Positions 10,617 to 17,133 of a DNA stretch of 32,000 bases are shown one piece after another; positions within the stretch are counted from its first letter, which is position 1; each line of letters opens with the position of its first letter. The translations under genes were made by a program, and so were the position numbers. Below the pieces are notes generated by a model. The model saw only the letters and a list, made by a program, of their open reading frames with translations. It did no database searches and was not told the DNA's origin. The stretch comes from Demequinaceae bacterium. Lineage in GTDB: Bacteria; Actinomycetota; Actinomycetes; Actinomycetales; Demequinaceae. The DNA is taken from contig OZ252279.1 of the NCBI GenBank assembly GCA_965250005.1, positions 270,001-302,000 on the forward strand, given 5' to 3'.

Positions 10617-10618
10617 CG

Positions 10619-11344
10619 GTGGCTGACGGCGGCAAGAAAATCCCGGAGTCTATCTTCGCTGACGACAACGGCGAGGCCGATGCTCGCCTGGCCCAAGCGC
10701 TCATTCGGCACGGGGCAGGCAAAGGCAGCTTCGCAGAGGTGGTGGACGCACTCGCGTATGCGCGCGTTCTGGTGCCTATCCTCGCTGACGGCGAGGAGCG
10801 CCACATCGGCAAGCACGGGATCGAACAGGACCACATTGCCACCACCGGCGTCGTCGCCGTGGAGATGCCCGACGGTCGCGCAGCGCTCCCCATCTTCACC
10901 GATGTGGCGGCCATGGCGGCGTGGAACCCGGACGCGCGCCCCATTCCCGCCGAGGGCCCGCGCGCCGCGCTCGCAGCGATCAGCGAGGACTGGTCCGTGC
11001 TGATCCTCAACCCAGGCAAGGAGACACTACCGATTCCGCGCCCGGCGGTGTGGGCACTTGCGCAGGGCAACCCTTGGCAGCCCGCAGTTCTTGACGGCGA
11101 TGTGGCAGCCGACGTGCGCGCCGGAATCGTTGCCGCCATCGAGACGGACGACGCCCTGATTGCCGTCGACGCTGTTGCCGGCGGGGGAGCAGAAATCACG
11201 GTAGTCGCGCAGATCGTGCCGGGGCTGTCCGCCCCTGAACTCTCGGCGCTTGTTGAGCGCATCCAGGAGCAGATCGCGAGTGCAACCGTGGTGGCAGAGC
11301 GCGTGGACAGTATCCAACTCAAGCTCGCGCAGGCGGACGCCTAG
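10619..11344 (+). CDS. SseB family protein
   Basis: 241 aa. The pattern ARVLVP...G...A(L)PIFTD..A...W matches my recollection of SseB-like proteins found next to actinobacterial his genes. Confidence 0.6.
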   Translation: MADGGKKIPESIFADDNGEADARLAQALIRHGAGKGSFAEVVDALAYARVLVPILADGEERHIGKHGIEQDHIATTGVVAVEMPDGRAALPIFTDVAAMAAWNPDARPIPAEGPRAALAAISEDWSVLILNPGKETLPIPRPAVWALAQGNPWQPAVLDGDVAADVRAGIVAAIETDDALIAVDAVAGGGAEITVVAQIVPGLSAPELSALVERIQEQIASATVVAERVDSIQLKLAQADA

Positions 11345-12090
11345 CACTGGGCGAGGTCGACGACCCCCAGCTTGTCCTGCTCGAGGAAGTCGTGCAGCAG
11401 GCTCACCGGAACAATGAAGCTGCGGTCCACGAACACCTCTGTCCCGCCCTCGTCGATCGTTCCCGCGTAGACCACGCCAACAACTTCCCAGTCCACGTTG
11501 TACACCGCGGAGCCGGACGATCCGGGCTTGGTTGCGGCGGAGGACTCGAATACGAACGCGGTGTCGCCCAGGGTGTCGTCCTGTTGCGCGACAATGCGCC
11601 CCACCGTAGTAGTGAGACTGCCGCCGCCGGGGAAACCGACCACGTAAACCGTGTCGCCAATCTCTGGGTCTGTATCCGCGAGCGTGGCGTAGTACGTGAA
11701 GGGTTCCGGCGACGTGATCAGCGACAAGTCGGCATTAGTGGCAATTCGGGTGCCCTCGGTTATCACGTGCGAGTAGCCGTCATCGATGGCCCTCAGGGTA
11801 AGGAAGTCATGGTTCTCGACGACGTGCCAGTTGGAAATGACCGTGAACTCGTCGATTGCGAACGCGCTTCCGTCGAAGTCGCCCTCGCATCCGAAGTTCT
11901 CCACCTTCACGGCCGCCAGTTCTCCGGGGTTGTAGCCGAGCGAACTCGAGCGCTGGAACGTGGGAATTTCCGCCGGGTCAACTTTCGTGACCCAGTCAGT
12001 CTCGAGCGGCGCTGGAGCGGTGGGCACTTGTGCGCACGCGGCGAGCGCGAAGACGCCAGCAAGCGCCGCTGTGGCGCGCGCGCGAGTCAC
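11341..12090 (-). CDS. Trypsin-fold (S1, Trypsin_2-like) serine protease lipoprotein, paralog P3
   Basis: GTG 12090 overlaps the A3 stop (GTGA). The lipobox is FALAAC. The triad contexts are SNWHVV, NADLSLI and KPGSSGSAV. Conserved Cys residues lie at NFGCEG and as the very last residue (LAQC-stop). Confidence 0.85.
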   Translation of the reverse strand: MTRARATAALAGVFALAACAQVPTAPAPLETDWVTKVDPAEIPTFQRSSSLGYNPGELAAVKVENFGCEGDFDGSAFAIDEFTVISNWHVVENHDFLTLRAIDDGYSHVITEGTRIATNADLSLITSPEPFTYYATLADTDPEIGDTVYVVGFPGGGSLTTTVGRIVAQQDDTLGDTAFVFESSAATKPGSSGSAVYNVDWEVVGVVYAGTIDEGGTEVFVDRSFIVPVSLLHDFLEQDKLGVVDLAQC

Positions 12091-12674
12091 GGTGCGTCCT
12101 TCAGCGCGGCCAACTCGGCGAGCTCGGCCGCTTCCGTTGCGATGTACCCGTCGAAGTCTGCGTCGATGTCCCGGCAGTACGCGTTCACCGTGTTGCCCAC
12201 GGAGCGCACGCTCGAGTACGTGTAGTAGCCGATTTGCAGCACAAAGTCGATGTGCTCGTTCTGGGCGTGGGCGCACTCGATGAGATATGGCGCCTGGAAG
12301 TCGTAGTTCTCCGCAAACTCCTCGGCCAATTCGACCTCGTATCGTCTTAGAAGCTCTGCTTCGAGTGCTGCGAGCAGGTCGATCTCGGACTGTTCCCGCG
12401 CTTCCTCCGCGTCCCTCGCCTGCGTGTTCGATTCGTCGCGCTGAACCTCAAGATCAGCGACGACGCCCTCGAGTTCTAACGTTCGCGTGTTCCATGCTTG
12501 CAGTGTGACCGCGAGGTATCCGACGGCAGCAACGAGTGTCAGACCCAGAAGGCTGGCGATTACCACAACGTTGATTCGGAACGCGCGTCGGTCAATGAAC
12601 TTCACGCGCGCCGGGACGAGCGCGGGCAGCGGGCGGGCGGGCTGCTTTTCGGGAATGCCCGTCACGTTGGTCAC
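12087..12674 (-). CDS. Bitopic membrane coiled-coil protein, family A (C-x32-C), paralog A3
   Basis: GTG 12674 overlaps the B2 stop (GTGA). A basic cluster (KFIDRRAFR) precedes the TM helix INVVVIASLLGLTLVAAVGYLAV. An E/A/L-rich region and a C-terminal CAHAQNEH...VNAYC module follow. Confidence 0.75.
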   Translation of the reverse strand: MTNVTGIPEKQPARPLPALVPARVKFIDRRAFRINVVVIASLLGLTLVAAVGYLAVTLQAWNTRTLELEGVVADLEVQRDESNTQARDAEEAREQSEIDLLAALEAELLRRYEVELAEEFAENYDFQAPYLIECAHAQNEHIDFVLQIGYYTYSSVRSVGNTVNAYCRDIDADFDGYIATEAAELAELAALKDAP

Positions 12675-13186
12675 CCTGCCGTGGCTGCTGTCGAGTCGGC
12701 GATCGCCGCAGCGCACGCCTTGTCGAGGGAGGCTCGTTGAGAGTTCTTCGAACTGGACACGCCCGAGTAGTAGCGCTCGGCGAGGTCAAGCCGGCCCATC
12801 CCGCACGCGTTGAGCCGGCTGGCGATGTCGCGAAGAATCGAGGTCCGCTCGTTTGCCGCATCGATGTCATCCTGCAGGCCGCGAGCTTTGCGGTCCGTGT
12901 TGATTCGTTGCTCGTCGAAGGTATTGAACGCGGACGATTGATAGGCGACGGTCGCCTGCGCAACGCCAATCTCCACGCCAACGGTGACCGCTCTCGCTTC
13001 GAGGGAGGCGACTGACGCTTCGGCATTTCGTATTTCGCTCCACAGCCACCACCCGGTGGCGAGCAGCGCGACGGACGCGAAGCCCACGACCAGGAGCACC
13101 GTGCGGAGCGTCAATCGTTTGCGTGGGTGCGGTCGGGCCCCGGGCTCGACGTCCGGGCTCGCTGGTGCAATCGGCGGTGTTGTCAT
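12671..13186 (-). CDS. Bitopic membrane coiled-coil protein, family B (C-x29-C), paralog B2
   Basis: ATG 13186. The N-terminus is Pro-rich, HPRKRLTLR precedes the TM helix TVLLVVGFASVALLATGWWLW, and the C-terminal module is LNACGMGRL...LDKAC. Confidence 0.75.
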   Translation of the reverse strand: MTTPPIAPASPDVEPGARPHPRKRLTLRTVLLVVGFASVALLATGWWLWSEIRNAEASVASLEARAVTVGVEIGVAQATVAYQSSAFNTFDEQRINTDRKARGLQDDIDAANERTSILRDIASRLNACGMGRLDLAERYYSGVSSSKNSQRASLDKACAAAIADSTAATAG

Positions 13187-13211
13187 TTCAGTTTTTCACC
13201 GGGCGCACGGA

Positions 13212-13952
13212 CTAGCAGGCAGCGGCATTGTTCCTCAACAGGGAGTCGTCCGCCAGAATGTTAATAAGGATTGAAACGGGCACCATGTACGAGCTCGCGG
13301 CGACTGCCTCGTCGTCGTCGCTCGCGTAAATGACGCCGACGACGTGGCCGTCTTTGCCGTATACAGCGGATCCTGATGATCCCGGCTCGATCTGTGCGGT
13401 TGTTTGGAACACGAATTCCGATTTCTCGATAACGTCGTCGGTCTTGCCGACCACAACGCCCGTGTCCACGCGAAGCTCGTCGCCGCGCGGATAGCCTGCG
13501 GTAACGATCTCGTCGCCCCGCCCCGGGTCCGTGCTCGCGAGACTCACCCACAGGTCAAGGGGCTCTTCGGTAATGATGACGCCGATATCCGCAATATCGG
13601 AGACGGTGGAGCTTACAACCGTGATGTTGCGTCCGTCGTAGCCAGTGACTTCGAGCGCGAAGCGGCCGTCAATGACGTGCCTGTTGGTGATGATGGTGTG
13701 GTCGTCGATTGCGAATCCCGAACCTGTACCGATTCCCTCGCACCCGTCGTTGCGTACGCGGTAGGCAGCGCGCTCAGGGATCGAGAAACCGAATGGCGCA
13801 TCGAGCGCGTCCTGCGCTAGGGGGGAGGGAGATACTTCTGGGATCCAGTCTTCCCGAAGCGCAACGGGGGCCTGGGGGACTACAGAGCACGCCGCGAGTG
13901 CCACCAGGCTGCCAGCGCTGGCGAAGGCGAATGCCCATTTTCGAGCGCTCAT
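13212..13952 (-). CDS. Trypsin-fold serine protease lipoprotein, paralog P2
   Basis: ATG 13952 overlaps the A2 stop (ATGA). The lipobox is VALAAC. The triad contexts are TNRHVI, IADIGVI and EPGSSGSAV. Cys residues lie at NDGCEG and as the last residue (NAAAC-stop). Confidence 0.88.
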   Translation of the reverse strand: MSARKWAFAFASAGSLVALAACSVVPQAPVALREDWIPEVSPSPLAQDALDAPFGFSIPERAAYRVRNDGCEGIGTGSGFAIDDHTIITNRHVIDGRFALEVTGYDGRNITVVSSTVSDIADIGVIITEEPLDLWVSLASTDPGRGDEIVTAGYPRGDELRVDTGVVVGKTDDVIEKSEFVFQTTAQIEPGSSGSAVYGKDGHVVGVIYASDDDEAVAASSYMVPVSILINILADDSLLRNNAAAC

Positions 13953-14509
13953 TCGAGTTCCTCCGCTTCTTCAGCGATCAATTCTGAGGCCTGGGCCCGC
14001 GCGGACTCGCAGTAGTCGTTCACGCTGTCGCGGTACCGGTAGTACACGTAGAGGGGGTACACCTGGCGGCGCTTGACGTACGCGACGTGTTCGCCCTGCT
14101 CGGTTGCACAATCAGCCAGCGCGAACGAAACATTCGAGTACATGTCTTGATAGTCCTGGGCGGCCGCCTTGTCGTTGGCGAGGGCAACAAGATCCCGCTT
14201 GGCAAAGCGGAGAAGTTCTGAGAACTGGTAGTGGTCACCCACGAGGCCGGTGAGAGTGGCTCGCTCCTGCTTGAGCTGGTCCTCGATGGCCGCGCGAGCC
14301 TCCTTTGCTTCGCTCACGTGCTGACCCCACAGGAACGTCACCACTCCCAGATAGATTGTGACCAGGGCGAGCAGACCGAGTAGCGACATCAGGACAATCT
14401 TGAGTGCGCGCCCTTTGCCATTGCGGCCCGTGGTGGCGACGGTGCCTGATCCTTCTGGCGACTCGACCGGGGTGAGCGGTGGAGGTGGTTGCGGGGGAGT
14501 AATCGTCAT
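13949..14509 (-). CDS. Bitopic membrane coiled-coil protein, family A (C-x32-C), paralog A2
   Basis: ATG 14509 lies 4 nt after the B1 stop. The N-terminus is Pro-rich (PPQPPPPLTP), the TM helix is IVLMSLLGLLALVTIYLGVVTFLW, and the C-terminal module is ADCATEQGEH...VNDYC. Confidence 0.78.
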   Translation of the reverse strand: MTITPPQPPPPLTPVESPEGSGTVATTGRNGKGRALKIVLMSLLGLLALVTIYLGVVTFLWGQHVSEAKEARAAIEDQLKQERATLTGLVGDHYQFSELLRFAKRDLVALANDKAAAQDYQDMYSNVSFALADCATEQGEHVAYVKRRQVYPLYVYYRYRDSVNDYCESARAQASELIAEEAEELE

Positions 14510-14513
14510 GGCT

Positions 14514-15065
14514 TCAGCCGTTCAGAGAATTGTACTGGCTAAGCGCGGACGTGCACTGACTGTTGATGGAGTTTTCCGTGCTCCGGAGCGACGATGCGCT
14601 TTGCTTCCACATTTTCGCGGCTAGAGCCTGACGGCTCGCGGCGCACTCGCTTAGCGCGGCGGCGGTCCCCCGCCAGGCTGTCGTGATGTCTTGTTCGGCG
14701 GTGGTGTCCTCGGCGAGCGTCGCAGCTTTCTCAATAGCGGACTCACGCTGGCTCTCGAAGAGCGTGCTCTCGGCCTCCAACTCGGCGATGTCGGCCAAGA
14801 CTACCGAGAGGGAGATGCCGTCCGCCTCTGCTTGGCCCTCGATGAGGGCGCTCTCAGCTTTCCAGTAGTCGATGCCGAAGTACATGGCGACGCTGCCTGC
14901 GATCAGAATCACTGCCAGGGAAATCAGCCCAACTCTTGCGTGTGTTGCGCGCTTCCAGCGCCACGGCCACGGGAACGCGCGTTTGGGGCTTCCTTGGTCC
15001 ACGACCGCGACAGCGACCGTAGGCTCGCGGTCCGAGGGTAACGAGGGGGCCCCTGGCGACGTCAT
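14514..15065 (-). CDS. Bitopic membrane coiled-coil protein, family B (C-x29-C), paralog B1
   Basis: ATG 15065 is preceded by GAAGGGA. RWKRATHAR precedes the TM helix VGLISLAVILIAGSVAMYFGI, and the C-terminal module is LSECAASRQ...INSQC. Confidence 0.75.
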   Translation of the reverse strand: MTSPGAPSLPSDREPTVAVAVVDQGSPKRAFPWPWRWKRATHARVGLISLAVILIAGSVAMYFGIDYWKAESALIEGQAEADGISLSVVLADIAELEAESTLFESQRESAIEKAATLAEDTTAEQDITTAWRGTAAALSECAASRQALAAKMWKQSASSLRSTENSINSQCTSALSQYNSLNG

Positions 15066-15151
15066 TGTGTTCCCTTCACGGGTACGCGCATTTGCGGCGA
15101 TCCGAGTACAACCTAGCGGCTGTCTGGTTTAGCCGCATCCGCTGGCGGCGA

Positions 15152-15871
15152 TTAGGCGCAATCGGCGGGAATTGGGATGAGGAGTCGCTCTTGCGCCAGC
15201 AGGTCCTGAAGCACCGAGACCGGAATCATGAAGCTTTGGTTTGCGTCTGTCATGGCGTACATGACGCCCACAACTTGGCCAGCTTGGTTCAGAACAGGGG
15301 AGCCTGAGGACCCCTGTTCGACAATCGCGGATGTGCCCAGAACGGTTCCCACCGCTGCGCCGAGGGGGTCGGGCGTCTCGCCCAGGACCACGCCGGGGAT
15401 GGTCGTCAGGCGCCCTCCGCCGGGGTAGCCCACAACCGTGATCGCGTCGCCGGTGGCGGGATCGCTGGCGGCAAGCACCGAAAACGCATCGAGACTCTCT
15501 TCGATACGGAGAACGGCAAGATCTGCAACTGTCGTGCTCTCGCTTGCCGTCGCGCGGAAAATCCTGCCGTCGTAGGTTGAGAGTTCGAGTTCGGTCGAAT
15601 CTGCGATGAGGTGCGCGCTCGTGACGAGCGTGTGTTCATCCACCGCGAACCCCGTGCCTCGCTTGAGGAACCCGCATCCAACGTTGCGGATGCGCACGGT
15701 CATTCGTTGGGCGGCACCAAAGCCATCAGGCGACAGTATCTCCGGCAGGCCTCCCGGGGAGATGGTCGGCTCGGGCACGAAGTCCGAAGGCAACGGTTCA
15801 GGCAACGCCGGAACCACACCGCAGGCAGCGGCTGTCAATGCTGCTACCGCGAGCAGCGTGAACCGGCGCAC
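15152..15871 (-). CDS. Trypsin-fold serine protease lipoprotein, paralog P1
   Basis: GTG 15871 lies 2 nt after the A1 stop. The signal peptide RRFTLLAVAALTAAAC has a less canonical lipobox. The triad contexts are TSAHLI, VADLAVL and EQGSSGSPV. Cys residues lie at NVGCGF and as the second-to-last residue (PADCA-stop). The upstream 19 codons of the track ORF were rejected. Confidence 0.82.
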   Translation of the reverse strand: MRRFTLLAVAALTAAACGVVPALPEPLPSDFVPEPTISPGGLPEILSPDGFGAAQRMTVRIRNVGCGFLKRGTGFAVDEHTLVTSAHLIADSTELELSTYDGRIFRATASESTTVADLAVLRIEESLDAFSVLAASDPATGDAITVVGYPGGGRLTTIPGVVLGETPDPLGAAVGTVLGTSAIVEQGSSGSPVLNQAGQVVGVMYAMTDANQSFMIPVSVLQDLLAQERLLIPIPADCA

Positions 15872-15873
15872 GG

Positions 15874-16572
15874 CTATCCCGTCAACTGCTCTTGGTAGAC
15901 GGTCGCTGCATTGATCGCGGCGGTGCAAATCTGATTCACCGCGGCCTCGAAATCAGCGACCTCTTGGGCGCCGTATAACTCAATGTTCTTGAGGTAGCCC
16001 ACGAGCGTCTTGTGATCCTCAACGCAGCGTGTGAGTGTGAGCGCGACCGCGCCCCCAATGCTCGCGAGTTCACGCAAGTAGTCGATCTCTTGCTGCGCGT
16101 CCAGCGCGCTGTCACGTTCCTGCGCCTTCTCGTCGGCGAGCGCGAGTAGGCGGGCTTGCGCGGTATCGAGCTGCTGAGTGAGCAGGTCGAGTTGCTGTTG
16201 TTGGGCCAGGACCTGCTCTTCTTCGGTCGCGAGTCGCTCGCCGATGTCGTATGCGGCGACAGTGAGTTCGTCCGCGCGCTGCTGCCATGAATTAGACGAA
16301 ATCCACAAGTAGACGGTGAGGGCGAGGAGCAGAGCGGCAATACCGCCAAGGGAACCCAACGCGACCTGCCAGCGCCGACGCTGGGTCAGCGGGATGCGGT
16401 CGAGCGCGTGGGTGTGGTCCGTGACGGGAGTGAGGAGCGCAGTTTCGTCATTCGCGGGATCGCGCGTAAACGCGTTCGAGGACTCGACATGGCCGGGCCG
16501 GTAGATCGCGTTCGTATCCGCATCCTGGCGCGCCCGCCGGTTGTCCTCAGGTGGTGTGGTTCCCAGATTCAC
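15874..16572 (-). CDS. Bitopic membrane coiled-coil protein, family A (C-x32-C), paralog A1
   Basis: GTG 16572 overlaps the DUF1844 stop (GTGA). The cytoplasmic N-terminus is about 65 aa, and QRRRW precedes the TM helix QVALGSLGGIAALLLALTVYLWI. A Q/L/E-rich heptad-like stretch (EEEQVLAQQQQLDLLTQQLDTAQARLLALADEKAQ) and the module TRCVEDH...VNQIC follow. Confidence 0.78.
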   Translation of the reverse strand: MNLGTTPPEDNRRARQDADTNAIYRPGHVESSNAFTRDPANDETALLTPVTDHTHALDRIPLTQRRRWQVALGSLGGIAALLLALTVYLWISSNSWQQRADELTVAAYDIGERLATEEEQVLAQQQQLDLLTQQLDTAQARLLALADEKAQERDSALDAQQEIDYLRELASIGGAVALTLTRCVEDHKTLVGYLKNIELYGAQEVADFEAAVNQICTAAINAATVYQEQLTG

Positions 16573-16931
16573 GACACTGCTCCCGTGTATTTTTCTCCGG
16601 GACCCTCGCCCGGTGCATCGGGAAAAGCCGAAACTTCCCGGAACGCCAACTGTACGCTCCTGAGCCCGTCACGCAACGCTCGGGCATGGGTATCGCCCAG
16701 GTCGGGGGCGCCAGCCGTCACGAGGCCTGCGAGGGCGGTGATGATTCGCCGGGCCTCGTCCAAGTCCTTGTGCTGCTCGCCGTCCTCCGCGAGGCCGCAG
16801 CGTAGGGCGGCGGCGCTGAGCAGGTGGACACCTACAGTGGTCACCAGTTCAACGGCCGATACGTCCGCGAGGTCGCGTGCGGACTGTGCGTCGGTGTTGC
16901 TGGCCGTGGGCAACCCAGGAATGTCGTTCAT
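16569..16931 (-). CDS. DUF1844-like protein
   Basis: 120 aa. LLSAAALRCGL...KDLDEARRIITALAGL...LRDGLRSVQLAFRE...PGEGPGEKYTG matches my recollection of the DUF1844 family, which sits divergent from infC in actinobacteria. Confidence 0.65.
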   Translation of the reverse strand: MNDIPGLPTASNTDAQSARDLADVSAVELVTTVGVHLLSAAALRCGLAEDGEQHKDLDEARRIITALAGLVTAGAPDLGDTHARALRDGLRSVQLAFREVSAFPDAPGEGPGEKYTGAVS

Positions 16932-17032
16932 GGTGCTATTCTTGCGTACTGACCGGTGATGGGATTGTCCGTCGCGTGCAAGTGGAGTTCACCTCCCACC
17001 CTCGGGCCACTAGATGGGCCAGGGTTCGGTTC

Positions 17033-17052
17033 GGCTGGCGCATGCGCCAGCC
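17033..17052. promoter_or_regulatory. Perfect 20-bp palindrome in the DUF1844/infC divergent intergenic region
   Basis: ggctggcgcatgcgccagcc is identical to its reverse complement. It lies about 80 nt upstream of the infC start region, with no T-tract on either side. Confidence 0.4.
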
Positions 17053-17133
17053 GCGACCTGGTGGCCTCTGCTCGCACTCGAGTAGGGGCCCTTTCCGTGC
17101 CCGGCGGCCATGAAGATCGATAGAGGAGCTGTC

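Larger units (their letters stand above)
11341..13186 (-). repeat. Cassette 3 of diverged tandem gene-cassette array (B2-A3-P3)
   Basis: Same B-A-P order as cassette 2. Both junctions are GTGA overlaps. Confidence 0.6.
13212..15065 (-). repeat. Cassette 2 of diverged tandem gene-cassette array (B1-A2-P2)
   Basis: Same B-A-P order as cassette 3. The junctions are 4 nt (B1/A2) and an ATGA overlap (A2/P2). Confidence 0.6.
15152..16572 (-). repeat. Cassette 1 of diverged tandem gene-cassette array (A1-P1, no B member)
   Basis: Gene-level paralogy with cassettes 2 and 3: same order, same architectures, and the same Cys spacing. Confidence 0.6.

Noticed and set aside
15066-15151. Terminator or internal promoter in the 86-nt P1/B1 spacer (gccgc...gcggc stem, TAGGTT hexamer on the minus strand).
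   Set aside because: The stems are only 5 bp with long loops and no U-tract, and the hexamer is not at a diagnostic distance from anything. It is left as a spacer carrying the B1 SD (GAAGGGA).
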